Shown: piece by piece, positions 1 through 9,606 of the stretch
How the letters are laid out: every line of letters begins with the position of its first letter
Position numbering within the stretch: the first letter of the stretch is position 1
Assembly: GCA_032128375.1 (NCBI GenBank)
Contig: JAQBGU010000012.1
Coordinates: 32,001 to 96,000, forward strand
DNA from: Deltaproteobacteria bacterium
Lineage (GTDB): Bacteria > Myxococcota_A > UBA9160 > SMWR01
Direction: 5' to 3'
DNA length: 64,000 nt
The notes under the pieces: generated by a model
The model's input: only the letters and a program-made list of their open reading frames with translations
What the model was told of the DNA's origin: nothing
Databases searched by the model: none
Made by a program: the position numbers and the translations under genes

Positions 1-501
1 GGCTGGCTTCAAGTAGCGTCGGAGGCGGTCGGACCGGGAGGCCGGGTCGTCGGTGTCGATCTGGCCACCGTGGATCCGCCTCTCAGCAATGAGAACGTGA
101 TCTCATTGTCGGTCGATATCATGCAACCGGCGGTAATCAAAGAAATTTTGGACGCGCTGGGGGGAAGCGCGGACGTACTGCTGTGCGACGCAGCCCCAAA
201 ACTGACGGGTATTCGACCAACAGATCATGCACGCGAAGGCGCGCTACTGGCAAGTGTCGAGGCGCTGGTACCCGCGCTACTTCGAGCGAGCGGTACGCTG
301 TTGATCAAAATTCTCGATGGACCCGACGCGATGAAGGTGGACCGCCGGCTCCGAACCGGTTTCGATTCCGCAAAGACCTTGAAGCCGAAGGCGAGTCGGC
401 GCGGATCGACCGAGCGTTACCTGTTCGCAAAGGGTTACAAACTGGCTTCCCCTGAGATTGGGGCCACCCACCATGACGTTCGAATAGGAGAGATGCCGTG
501 A
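1..501 (+). CDS. rlmE: 23S rRNA Um2552 2'-O-methyltransferase RlmE/FtsJ (5' end outside window)
   Basis: Frame 1 is open from base 1: GWLQVA...[18 protein letters not shown](I)LDG, KPKASR..STERY, all typical FtsJ motifs. Confidence 0.9.
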   Translation, partial: GWLQVASEAVGPGGRVVGVDLATVDPPLSNENVISLSVDIMQPAVIKEILDALGGSADVLLCDAAPKLTGIRPTDHAREGALLASVEALVPALLRASGTLLIKILDGPDAMKVDRRLRTGFDSAKTLKPKASRRGSTERYLFAKGYKLASPEIGATHHDVRIGEMP

Positions 502-977
502 GCGACCGACCTTTTAAAGTCCTGGGAATTCAACAGATCGCTGTGGGCGCGATCGACAAGGCTCCGTTGCGCCAGATTTGGATCGACATGCTGGGGCTCG
601 AGATTTCCGGCGAGTTCATCAGCGAGTCAGAGAATGTGAACGAGGATATCGCGGTGGCAGGTTCCGGCCCGCTGAAGGTCGAAGTTGATTTGATGCAACC
701 GATCGATCCGGACAAGCGGCCCAAGGTTCACGAACCTGCACTGAACCACGTCGGCTTGTGGATCGACGACCTCGCTGCTGCGGTCGGCTGGCTGGAGTCC
801 AATGGTGTGCGCTTTACACCGGGTGGAATACGCAAGGGTGGCTCGGGGTTCGACGTATGCTTCATTCATCCCAAGGCCAGTGAGGCGTCGCCGATTGGTG
901 GCGCGGGTGTGCTGATCGAGCTCGTACAAGCCCCTGACGAGGTCCGCAAAGCATTTGCGAAGCTCGCGGCAGTATGA
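498..977 (+). CDS. VOC/glyoxalase family protein (methylmalonyl-CoA epimerase-like)
   Basis: [24 protein letters not shown]...[11 protein letters not shown] overlaps rlmE stop; GGAG upstream. Confidence 0.85.
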   Translation: MSDRPFKVLGIQQIAVGAIDKAPLRQIWIDMLGLEISGEFISESENVNEDIAVAGSGPLKVEVDLMQPIDPDKRPKVHEPALNHVGLWIDDLAAAVGWLESNGVRFTPGGIRKGGSGFDVCFIHPKASEASPIGGAGVLIELVQAPDEVRKAFAKLAAV

Positions 978-990
978 TCGGCCGACAATC

Positions 991-1461
991 ATGAGAGAAC
1001 CGGATCGAGAGATCAACGTCGATCACCGCGTGCCGTCCGATGGACTGCGCAAGCTGCTCAGCGGGCGACCCCATTGGATGAATGGCCTGATGCTGTTCTG
1101 CCTCTTCATGACGTTCATCTATGTGCCGTGGGACATCTTCATCAAGCCGGTCGAGGTCGATCAGGAAGTCTGGTTCGGAATCATGTTTACCGGCTGGGCG
1201 GCGAAGCTCACCGCGATCCCGCACTGGGGGGTCTATGCTGCGGGTGCCTACGGCTTTTGGAAGATGGCCGGCTGGATGTGGCCATGGGCGGCCGCATACG
1301 CGGCGCAAGTCGCGATCGGTATGGCGGTCTGGGCATTGCTCCAACCCGGCAGTGCGATCGTCGCGTTGGTCTCGTTCATTCCATTCGCGGTCTTGACCTG
1401 GGCGGTCTTGACCTGGGCGCTATGGAACTCGCGCCCCCGGTTCGGCACCTGGAGCAAATGA
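991..1461 (+). CDS. Uncharacterised 4-TM membrane protein
   Basis: Four hydrophobic Trp-rich segments; stop overlaps EVE start; contains a 15-bp in-frame duplication (AVLTW x2). Confidence 0.7.
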   Translation: MREPDREINVDHRVPSDGLRKLLSGRPHWMNGLMLFCLFMTFIYVPWDIFIKPVEVDQEVWFGIMFTGWAAKLTAIPHWGVYAAGAYGFWKMAGWMWPWAAAYAAQVAIGMAVWALLQPGSAIVALVSFIPFAVLTWAVLTWALWNSRPRFGTWSK

Positions 1462-1886
1462 TGGCACGCGCATACTGGTTGGTGAAATCCGAGCCCGACA
1501 AGTACTCGTGGGACGACCTCGTGAGAGACGGATCGACCCACTGGGATGGGGTCCGCAACGCCCAGGCGCGCAACAACCTGATGGCGATGAAAGTCGGTGA
1601 TGCGGTGCTGTACTACCACTCCCAAATTGGAAAGGAAGTCGTGGGTATCGCAAAGGTCTCGAAGGCTTCGTATGCGGACCCGGCGACCGATGATGATCGC
1701 TGGGTCGTGGTGGATCTCGAGCCGGTTATGCCGCTCGCCGTGCCCGTCACACTGGCGCAGGTCAAGGCAGACGCGAAGTTGCTGAAGGTTCCGCTGGTGA
1801 CGCATTCGCGGTTGTCGGTGATGCCAATCGAGAAACCTGCGTTCGAGCGGATCCTCAAGCTTGGGAAGACGCCGATTCGCGGCTGA
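1458..1886 (+). CDS. EVE domain protein
   Basis: YWLVKSEP, WDGVRNAQARN, YYHS, SRLSVMP. Confidence 0.92.
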   Translation: MMARAYWLVKSEPDKYSWDDLVRDGSTHWDGVRNAQARNNLMAMKVGDAVLYYHSQIGKEVVGIAKVSKASYADPATDDDRWVVVDLEPVMPLAVPVTLAQVKADAKLLKVPLVTHSRLSVMPIEKPAFERILKLGKTPIRG

Positions 1887-2022
1887 CGGACGTCTCTGCG
1901 CTGCCAGGCAATCGATGCGGCCCACTGCCGCCCGCTACAGCCGATCACTGCCGATTACAATTCAACTACAGCGGGCCAGTTTGCAGCTAAACCATGCAGC
2001 TAAACCAACGGAGGCAACAGGC

Positions 2023-2661
2023 GTGCCGGAGTTCGACATCGAAGCGATCGGAGAGGATCTTCCGCTCCTCGAAGGGATTCGCACGGCTCGAGCCATTCGG
2101 CGTCTCAAGCCGGACGCGGTGCCCAATGAGTTGATTCGCAAGGTCTGCGAGGCCGGAACTTTTGCGCCGAGCGGTGGCAACCGCCAACCGTGGGTCTTCG
2201 TTGTCGTCACCGACCCGGAGCGACGAGCGTGGGTTGCGGAGCGCTACCGCAAGGCATTTCACGTCTACATCGCACCGGCATTGAAAGCTGCTGAAGCGAC
2301 AGATTTTCCCGCCGCGGGCCGCCGCAATATGCACGCCGCGCTGCACTTGGCGGATCATCTGCACGAAGCGCCGGTCCACCTGTTCATCGCGGGCCGGAGC
2401 CGCCGCAGCGAACCGCAGGTGCAGGCGTTGTACCCATGCGCGCAAAATGTCCTGCTCGCGTGCCGCGCGGTGGGCCTCGGCGCCTCATTGACGACGATGC
2501 ACATGTCGTTCAGAGAAGAACTCGACGCGTGGCTCAGGCTTCCGGAGAACACTCCAACGTGCGCGCTATTGCCGATCGGCTGGCCGCTCGGCCGGTTCGG
2601 AAGGCCACCGAGGCGCAGCGTGGACAGCTGCCTGCACTACGAACAGTACACGGAGCCGTGA
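2023..2661 (+). CDS. Nitroreductase family protein
   Basis: RAIRRLKPDAVP, APSGGNRQPWVFVVV, QNVLLACRAVGLGA; GGAGG before GTG 2023. Confidence 0.88.
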   Translation: MPEFDIEAIGEDLPLLEGIRTARAIRRLKPDAVPNELIRKVCEAGTFAPSGGNRQPWVFVVVTDPERRAWVAERYRKAFHVYIAPALKAAEATDFPAAGRRNMHAALHLADHLHEAPVHLFIAGRSRRSEPQVQALYPCAQNVLLACRAVGLGASLTTMHMSFREELDAWLRLPENTPTCALLPIGWPLGRFGRPPRRSVDSCLHYEQYTEP

Positions 2662-2770
2662 TCGGGCGAATACCGCTTCCCGCGAACGGACGCGCGCCGT
2701 AGTTGACCCGACGAATCGAGTCTTCCGTTGTGAACTGGCGAACGCGGCTGGTTGGCGCCGCTTGCGTCTC

Positions 2771-3265
2771 TTATTCAAGCATATAGGCCGATGCCAACGC
2801 GTCCGCGTACTCGTTCCAGCGCGAGCCATCGTGTGCCTTGATCCACTCGAGTGTGACGTCTGGGTGCGCCTGGGCGAGCGTATAGAGGTTCTGCACCAGC
2901 TCGAGGTTAGCGATCGGGCCCGACTTGCGCCGCCAGCCGCGCTTTTCCCAGCCCGCCGCCCACTCATTGACGGTCTTCACACAGAGTTGACTGTCTGAAT
3001 ACACAGTCACCATGCAGTCCGTCGGCAGCGCTCCGTATGCGGCGATCAACGCGGCGAGTTCCATCCGGTTGTTGGTGGTGTCAGCGTCGACGCCACGCTC
3101 TTCGCGGATGATTTCATTGTCTTCGACCCAGACAAAACCCCACCCCCCAGGCCCCGGGTTTCCCTCGCAAGAACCATCGGTGAACACACCGGTTGTGGGT
3201 CCCCCGGAAAAGCGCTGGAGCACCTCGTCGGTGTTCAGAACCTCCACGCCGCCGCGATTGCTCAT
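2771..3265 (-). CDS. rnhA: Ribonuclease HI
   Basis: FTDGSCEGNPGPGGWG, TTNNRMEL, YSDSQ, WIKAH, NEYADALA. Confidence 0.95.
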   Translation of the reverse strand: MSNRGGVEVLNTDEVLQRFSGGPTTGVFTDGSCEGNPGPGGWGFVWVEDNEIIREERGVDADTTNNRMELAALIAAYGALPTDCMVTVYSDSQLCVKTVNEWAAGWEKRGWRRKSGPIANLELVQNLYTLAQAHPDVTLEWIKAHDGSRWNEYADALASAYMLE

Positions 3266-3313
3266 CCAACCCCCCGATCGATCTGTCTGTAGCGAGTCTC
3301 GGCGAACCGCGAC

Positions 3314-4462
3314 TCAGTTCTTTACCACGGCGCCGGAATCTTGGCTCGCGTACTCCGAGAGGAAACGATCGCGGTGTTCTGAGAACCGGTTGGCGATGAT
3401 GGCCTCGCGCGCGTCGCGGACCAGCTTCTGATAGAAGTGCAGGTTGTGGATCGTGGTCAGAACTGCCGAGAGAACCTCGTTGGCGGCGAACAAGTGGTGG
3501 AGATACGCACGCGAGAAGCCCTCTGCACACGCCCGGCAATCGCACGAGGGGTCGATCGGGTAGCCGTCCCGGCGATAGCGACGGTTGGTCAGGCGGATCC
3601 GGCCTCGGGATGTGAATGCGGTTGCACTGCGCGCATAGCGGGTGGGGATCACGCAATCGAACATGTCCATCCCGGCGCCGATCGCAGCCAGTAAGTCTTC
3701 CGGTAGGCCGACGCCCATCAGGTAGCGGGGCTTATTTTCCGGAAGCAGTGGCGCGGTATGTTCGGTCACCTCGCACAGTAGTTCGTGCCCTTCTCCGACC
3801 GATACCCCGCCGATCGCATAGCCCGGCAGGTCGAGCGCCACCAACGACTCTGCGCACGAGGTCCGCAAGCCGAGATCGACGCCTCCCTGCACGATGCCGA
3901 ACAATGCCTGGCTCGCCTCGTGACCTGCGTGGGTCTTCGCGCAACGATCGATCCAACCCAGCGTCCGCCGCACCCCCGTCCGCAGCGTGTTGGCGTCGGC
4001 CGGAAACGGCGAGCACTCGTCGAACGCCATGATGATATCCGCTCCGAGCTGGTGTTGGATCTCGATCGAACGTTCTGGGGAGAGATCCATCGCCGACCCG
4101 TCGATGGGGTTCTTGAAGCGGACGCCTCGATCTTCGATTTCCACATTCGGCAACGAGAAGACCTGGAAGCCCCCGCTGTCGGTCAGGATCGGTCCATCCC
4201 ACTTCATGAAATCGTGTAGGCCGCCGAGTTTCGCCACGAGACCCTCACCCGGCCTTAGCGCGAGGTGGTAGGTGTTCGATAGCAGAACCTGTGACCCGCT
4301 TTCGCGCACCTGCGAAGGCATCAACGCCTTGACAGCTCCGTGCGTGCCGACCGGCATGAAACACGGTGTGACAAACGTGCCGTGCGGTGTCGAAAATGAT
4401 CCGGCACGCGCCGCTCCGCTACGCGCTTCTAGCGAGAACTGGAACGCACGCGCATCGGCCAT
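3314..4462 (-). CDS. tgt: tRNA-guanine(34) transglycosylase
   Basis: TPCFMPVGT, LTDSGGFQVFSL, GIVQGG, PRYLMGVG, DMFDCVIPTR, CDCRAC and HN zinc site. Confidence 0.97.
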   Translation of the reverse strand: MADARAFQFSLEARSGAARAGSFSTPHGTFVTPCFMPVGTHGAVKALMPSQVRESGSQVLLSNTYHLALRPGEGLVAKLGGLHDFMKWDGPILTDSGGFQVFSLPNVEIEDRGVRFKNPIDGSAMDLSPERSIEIQHQLGADIIMAFDECSPFPADANTLRTGVRRTLGWIDRCAKTHAGHEASQALFGIVQGGVDLGLRTSCAESLVALDLPGYAIGGVSVGEGHELLCEVTEHTAPLLPENKPRYLMGVGLPEDLLAAIGAGMDMFDCVIPTRYARSATAFTSRGRIRLTNRRYRRDGYPIDPSCDCRACAEGFSRAYLHHLFAANEVLSAVLTTIHNLHFYQKLVRDAREAIIANRFSEHRDRFLSEYASQDSGAVVKN

Positions 4463-4549
4463 CGGCCATTCCGGTCCGAGGTTGAGTCGGGGTTGTTGGG
4501 GGTTCTCGAGGTAGTTGGTGTTGGTGGTAGACGGTGTGGAACAAGCGCG

Positions 4550-4678
4550 CTAGCGGTAGGACTTGCGCTCACCGCTGCTTCTCCGGCGACGCACCCGCTC
4601 GTGTTTTTTCTTCAGTTTTGCTCGGTGGTGCGCGGACTTACCGCGATTGCGATGCGGCAGGGTTTTTGATTTCTTCAC
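4550..4678 (-). CDS. Small very basic protein, 42 aa (not in ORF track)
   Basis: GTG..TAG reads MKKSKTLPHRNRGKSAHHRAKLKKKHERVRRRRSSGERKSYR; GGAG 6 nt before GTG; same strand as and upstream of tgt. Confidence 0.65.
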   Translation of the reverse strand: MKKSKTLPHRNRGKSAHHRAKLKKKHERVRRRRSSGERKSYR

Positions 4679-4834
4679 GCGACGCTCCGAAACAGGGGTG
4701 GGCTACCGGTCAAAGGCCGGAAGGCCGGAAGAAGGAAATGCGGAGCCTATAGAAAGCAGCGGGATGTGTCCATCCCGGTGCCGGGCCGCCAGCGGCGGCT
4801 ATCCTGGGCCTCTGATGGGGAGCCCGGAGCGATC

Positions 4835-6016
4835 ATGAGTGCTGGCCACGCGGCAGAGCGGATGGCGGATTTCGATCTGACCGAAGAGCAACGCCTGATA
4901 CGCAGGGCCGTGCGAGAATTCGCCGAAAAAGAGATCGCGCCACACGTCGAGCGCTACGAACGCGAGGCTCGCTACCCGCTCGATTTGATCGCGAAGCTGG
5001 TTCCGCTTGGATACATCGCGCCGATGATCCCAGAGCAGTATGGGGGGTCGTTCACGGACGTGGGAGCCTACGGCGTGATCTGCGAAGAGCTGGCGCGTGT
5101 CGATTGGGTGGTCGCCTCGGTGGTCTCGGTGACGAATTCACTCGTGGGCGGTTCGATCCTGCGCCATGGGACCGACGCGCAGAAGGATCGCTGGCTGCCG
5201 CTGATGGCCACCGGAGATTGTCTGACGTCTGCTTGCCTGACCGAACCCGGCGGAGGCACCGACCTGGGCAACATGACCACCTCGGCCGTCAAGGTGGAAG
5301 GCGGTTACCGGTTGACCGGCACCAAAGTCTTCATCTCCCACGCGGCTCATGCGGGATTGTTCTTCGTGGCGGCGACGCTAGATCGCGCAAAAAAACACAA
5401 AGGCGTCACCGCATTTCTCGTGGATCCCGCTACCGAAGGCATTGCGATTGGTGAGTTTCCGATGCGCACACTCAAGCGCGACAACCTTGCCGAGGTGCAC
5501 TTCGACGGGGCGTTCGTTCCCGACGCGGGGCTGTTGGGCACCGAAGGGGGTGGCTTCCCCGTGCTGGGGTCGGCGCTCGACATGGGGCGCTACTCGGTCG
5601 CTGCGCGCTGTGTTGGGCAATCGCAAGCCTGCATCGACCTGGCGGTGAAGTACGCGACCGAGCGCGAAGCGTTCGGCCAGAAGATCGGCGAGTTCCAGAT
5701 GATCCAATCAAAAATCGCCGACATGATCTGCAGAACCGAGTCCGCGCGAGGCCTGGTGTACCGGCTGGGACGCATGAAGGACGCCGGTGTGGCGCGTGCC
5801 AGTATGGAGTCGTCTCTCGCCAAGCTGGTCGCAAGCGAAGCGGCAACCCAAAACGCACTGGATTCGATTCAGATCCACGGCGGCTATGGACTCACAGAAG
5901 AGTACACGGTGGGCCGTCTGCTGCTCGAAGCCAAGTCGCTCGAATTCGGCGAAGGAACGAGCGAACTGCACCGAAAATTGATCGCGGAATTTGCGCTCGG
6001 GATTCGCAAACAGTAG
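4835..6016 (+). CDS. Acyl-CoA dehydrogenase family protein
   Basis: CLTEPGGGTD, GTKVFIS, REAFGQKIGEFQMIQ, QIHGGYG, GEGTSE; start 4835 or 4862. Confidence 0.93.
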   Translation: MSAGHAAERMADFDLTEEQRLIRRAVREFAEKEIAPHVERYEREARYPLDLIAKLVPLGYIAPMIPEQYGGSFTDVGAYGVICEELARVDWVVASVVSVTNSLVGGSILRHGTDAQKDRWLPLMATGDCLTSACLTEPGGGTDLGNMTTSAVKVEGGYRLTGTKVFISHAAHAGLFFVAATLDRAKKHKGVTAFLVDPATEGIAIGEFPMRTLKRDNLAEVHFDGAFVPDAGLLGTEGGGFPVLGSALDMGRYSVAARCVGQSQACIDLAVKYATEREAFGQKIGEFQMIQSKIADMICRTESARGLVYRLGRMKDAGVARASMESSLAKLVASEAATQNALDSIQIHGGYGLTEEYTVGRLLLEAKSLEFGEGTSELHRKLIAEFALGIRKQ

Positions 6017-6074
6017 ATGGCCCTGAGTCGGGCCAATGGCCCGCTCGTGAAACACCGACTGACCGGAGGACGGA

Positions 6075-6626
6075 TTGGACAAAAGGCGTGACGAGCTGCT
6101 CGAGTTGATTCTCGAGGTCTCGTTCCGACGCGAGAAGGTCACGCTCGCGAGCGGAGCCGAGAGCGACTTCTATCTGGATTTGCGTCAGACGCTGATGCGT
6201 CCGCGTGGTATCGCGCTCGCGGGCTCGCTGATTTTCGATCGCCTCGAACGCGGAGCCTCCGTGCAGTCCGTCGGGGGTATGGCGGTGGGCGCAGTCCCGT
6301 TGGTTTCTGCGGTGCTGGCTGCCGCAGCGGCCAGCGATCACCAGACGCCGCTGTTGGGCTTTTTCGTGCGCAAAGAGACCAAGAAGCACGGGCTGGCAAA
6401 GCGCATCGAGGGTGCTTTCGAAAAGGGCCAGAGCGTCGCGCTGGTCGAGGACACCGTTACGACGGGTGGCTCGACGCTCGAGGCGCTGGATCTGGTCCAG
6501 GCCGCCGGCGGCCAAGTCGTGCGCGTGTTGTGCATCGTCGATCGCGGTGAGGGAGCGGCCGACGCCTTCGCTGCGCGCGGCCTGGAACTCGAAGCGATAT
6601 TCGGTCGTTCGGATCTGCCGGTCTGA
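6075..6626 (+). CDS. pyrE: Orotate phosphoribosyltransferase
   Basis: TLASGAESDFYLD, FVRKETKKHG, VEDTVTTGGS PRPP loop. Confidence 0.93.
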   Translation: MDKRRDELLELILEVSFRREKVTLASGAESDFYLDLRQTLMRPRGIALAGSLIFDRLERGASVQSVGGMAVGAVPLVSAVLAAAAASDHQTPLLGFFVRKETKKHGLAKRIEGAFEKGQSVALVEDTVTTGGSTLEALDLVQAAGGQVVRVLCIVDRGEGAADAFAARGLELEAIFGRSDLPV

Positions 6627-6692
6627 GCTCGCTGCCTGCAGCTGGCGCAAATCGGCCAATGCTTGATTGAACCCTGATCAGCGAACCCTTGT

Positions 6693-6726
6693 CGGCTGAA
6701 CAAGGGAGCCGGCTGAACAAGGGAGC
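6693..6726. repeat. Perfect 17-bp tandem duplication just upstream of the fatty-acyl-CoA ligase RBS
   Basis: cggctgaacaagggagc x2. Confidence 0.9.
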
Positions 6727-6740
6727 CAAGGAGTGATCCC

Positions 6741-8243
6741 ATGCAGCTCAACCTCGGTTCGATCCTGGCCGGTAGCGCGAGTGAGCGTCCCGACAAAGTG
6801 GCCGTTCGATTAGGGGAACGCGCGATCACCTACCGCGCGCTAGACCGCGACGCGCGGGGGGTGGCGACCTCACTTCGCGACCGCGGTCTCGAGCCGGGTG
6901 ACAGAGTCGCACTCATGGTTCCGAATCTTCCCGAGTTCACGATCGCCTACTTCGGGATCCTGTATGCGGGTTGCATCGTCGTGCCGCTCAACGTGCTGCT
7001 GTCGGCTCCGGAGGTCGCCTATCATCTGCGGGATTCCGGCGCAGAACTATTGGTCGCGCATTCGACGTTCCGCGAGCCCGCGACCGAAGGGGCAAGGCAA
7101 GCGCGCGTTCCCGTCGCGTGGGCGGACGGCGAGCTCTCCGACACCACGCGACCTAGCATTGCGGCTATGGCGGCGGCGGAACCGATGGACACCGTTTCTG
7201 CGACGTCTCCCACCGACACAGCGGTGATCCTCTACACATCGGGTACGACCGGCAAGCCCAAGGGCGCCGAACTCACCCACTCGAATCTCTTTCTCAACTG
7301 CGCACAGGTCGTTCCACGCTTGATCCCAGTTGCCGACGATACGGTCATGCTGGCGACACTGCCGCTGTTTCATTCGTTCGGTCAGACCGTAGTTCAAAAC
7401 GGTTCGATCGCGTCGGGTGCCACCTTCACGCTGTTGCCGCGGTTCACGCCCGAAGAGGCGTTCGAGATCATGGAGCGCGATCGCGTCACGGTGTTCGCGG
7501 GTGTGCCGACGATGTATTTCGCGCTGCTCCACCACGTACCGGAACGCGCATTCGATCTATCCAGCCTGACGTACTGCATGTCAGGTGGCGCGCCGATGCC
7601 GGTCGATGTGATGCGGGCGTTCGAGGAAAAATTTCCGGTGGAGATCCTCGAGGGCTACGGGCTATCGGAGACCTCGCCCGTCGCGAGCTTCAACACGCTC
7701 GATCGGCCTCGAAAGCCCGGATCGATCGGGTACCCGGTCTGGGGTGTCGAGATGTGTATCCTCGACGATCAGGACCGGCCCATCGCCGACGGAGAGCGCG
7801 GTGAGATCTGCATCCGCGGTCACAACGTGATGAAGGGCTATCTGGGACGTCCCGATGAGACGCAGGAGACGCTGCGGGGAGGATGGTTCCACTCGGGCGA
7901 TATTGGGATCCGCGATACCGACGGTGCATTCGCGATCGTCGATCGCAAGAAAGACATGATCATCCGCGGCGGCTTCAACGTGTATCCGCGTGAGATCGAA
8001 GAAGTGCTATACGCCCACGAATCGATCATTGAAGCCGCGGTGATCGGCGTCCCGCACGCTAGACACGGAGAAGAAGTGAAGGCGGTGGTGGTCACGCACC
8101 CCGGCGCCCGGGTGACGACCGAAGAACTGATCGCTTACTGCAAAGAGCGACTGGCTGCCTACAAGTATCCGCGTATCGTCGAGTTCTCGGAAGGCCTACC
8201 GAAAGGGCCTACCGGCAAGATCTTGAAACGCGAATTGAGTTGA
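6741..8243 (+). CDS. Long-chain fatty acid-CoA ligase (ANL superfamily)
   Basis: YTSGTTGKPKG, EGYGLSE, HSGD, DRKKDMIIRGG, PKGPTGKILK. Confidence 0.93.
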   Translation: MQLNLGSILAGSASERPDKVAVRLGERAITYRALDRDARGVATSLRDRGLEPGDRVALMVPNLPEFTIAYFGILYAGCIVVPLNVLLSAPEVAYHLRDSGAELLVAHSTFREPATEGARQARVPVAWADGELSDTTRPSIAAMAAAEPMDTVSATSPTDTAVILYTSGTTGKPKGAELTHSNLFLNCAQVVPRLIPVADDTVMLATLPLFHSFGQTVVQNGSIASGATFTLLPRFTPEEAFEIMERDRVTVFAGVPTMYFALLHHVPERAFDLSSLTYCMSGGAPMPVDVMRAFEEKFPVEILEGYGLSETSPVASFNTLDRPRKPGSIGYPVWGVEMCILDDQDRPIADGERGEICIRGHNVMKGYLGRPDETQETLRGGWFHSGDIGIRDTDGAFAIVDRKKDMIIRGGFNVYPREIEEVLYAHESIIEAAVIGVPHARHGEEVKAVVVTHPGARVTTEELIAYCKERLAAYKYPRIVEFSEGLPKGPTGKILKRELS

Positions 8244-8280
8244 ATGTGCGGATATGGGAGATGGATACCGCTAGCGTCCG

Positions 8281-9297
8281 TCAGGCCTGTCGTGTGCCGA
8301 ACAGGTCGAGCATTGCCGCGAGGTTACTTTCCATTCGTTCGGGTGGAACACCGACCGATGGGGCGTACAAGATCGGTTGATCGGTGAGATCAGACCATTG
8401 TTTCAGCCGGTCATTGGCTTCGTCTGGTGTGCAGGCGATCGCGATCTCGTCGACGAGTTCATCGGGTATCGCTTCTGACATCGCTTTGATATCGAACTTG
8501 CGCAGCGCGGCCTGACACGCGGCGCCGACGTCGCCAAGGCCGTGAAGGTCCAGGATCGGGTGATACAGCTTGGTGGTGAAGTAGAAGCCAATCTGGTTCT
8601 TGGCGTCGCGTATCGCGAGGTCGCGATCTTCTTGGATGGAGGTCATGACGTACGGTGCGAGCGCACACGCGCCGGCCTCGCGTCCGGCCTTTTGCTCTGC
8701 TTCGCGTAAACCTGGCAATGTGACTTCTCTGTGCCAGCTTCGCGTCGCGATCGGGTGTCCAACCAGACCATCGGCGACACTGCCCGCGGTTGCCACCATG
8801 CCGCGGTTGACCGCCGCGATCCAGATCGGGATGTCGCTGCGGGCGGCGTTTGGTCGCGAATAGATGGGCACGTTGATGTTCCAGTGCTCCCCCTCCCAGC
8901 GGAACCCGCCGCCCCCTTGCGCGGCAAAGGTTGCCCTGAGCAGGCGAACCAGTTCGTGCATGCGCCGCGCAGGCGCCGACCAGTCGACATCGAACCAGTC
9001 CTGATTCATGCGCCGCGTCGCGCTGCCGAGGCCCAGTACCATCCTGCCGCCCGACAATTCGTCGAGGTCCATCGCTGCGCTGGCATGCAGCAAGGGGCTG
9101 CGCGTAAAGGCGTTGGCGATTGCGGTCCCAATCCGAACTCGCTCGGTACTCTGAGCGATCGCGCCAAGTGGCACATACCCATGCCGGTTGAAAAATTCGA
9201 TGGTGTAGACACCGTCGAAGCCCGCCCGCTCGGCGCGCACCGCCAGCTCAACATCGCCGCGAACGCTTCCCGCGGTCAAAATCAATCCGATGCGCAT
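8281..9297 (-). CDS. LLM-class flavin/F420-dependent oxidoreductase
   Basis: AERAGFD, TERVRIGTAIA, DELSGGRMVLGLG, IPIWIAA; start taken at MRIGL. Confidence 0.88.
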   Translation of the reverse strand: MRIGLILTAGSVRGDVELAVRAERAGFDGVYTIEFFNRHGYVPLGAIAQSTERVRIGTAIANAFTRSPLLHASAAMDLDELSGGRMVLGLGSATRRMNQDWFDVDWSAPARRMHELVRLLRATFAAQGGGGFRWEGEHWNINVPIYSRPNAARSDIPIWIAAVNRGMVATAGSVADGLVGHPIATRSWHREVTLPGLREAEQKAGREAGACALAPYVMTSIQEDRDLAIRDAKNQIGFYFTTKLYHPILDLHGLGDVGAACQAALRKFDIKAMSEAIPDELVDEIAIACTPDEANDRLKQWSDLTDQPILYAPSVGVPPERMESNLAAMLDLFGTRQA

Positions 9298-9606
9298 ATC
9301 GTCCCCCGGCATGATGGTTCGCAGGGGCGCGATTATAGAAGGGGATTCAGAGATGACCCAAACGGTCGAACACGGGTTCGAAAATGCGTGACTTGTCTGA
9401 TTGAATCCTTCATAATCCGATGGGTTTTTACCCCACTTTGTCGGGTTTTCTTCACTGAATTCACCCCGCAGAGCCGGTGCGATACGTTCGTACTGCGGGG
9501 TGCAGACTCGAAGACACACCGAATCAGGCGCGCCGGATTGTCACGGTGCGAGTACTTGTGGAACCCACTACTCACGTTACCAACAGCGAAATTGCAGGAG
9601 CTCCAG

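Noticed and set aside
8731..9606. N-terminal 292 codons of the 1792-aa ORF
   Set aside because: Mostly the antisense shadow of the LLM gene plus intergenic DNA; the RBS and signal peptide point to a start at 9607 or later
9300..9606. Sigma-54 promoter and enhancer for the PEP-CTERM gene
   Set aside because: No convincing TGGCAC-N5-TTGC; TGGAAC at about 9559 lacks the -12 element
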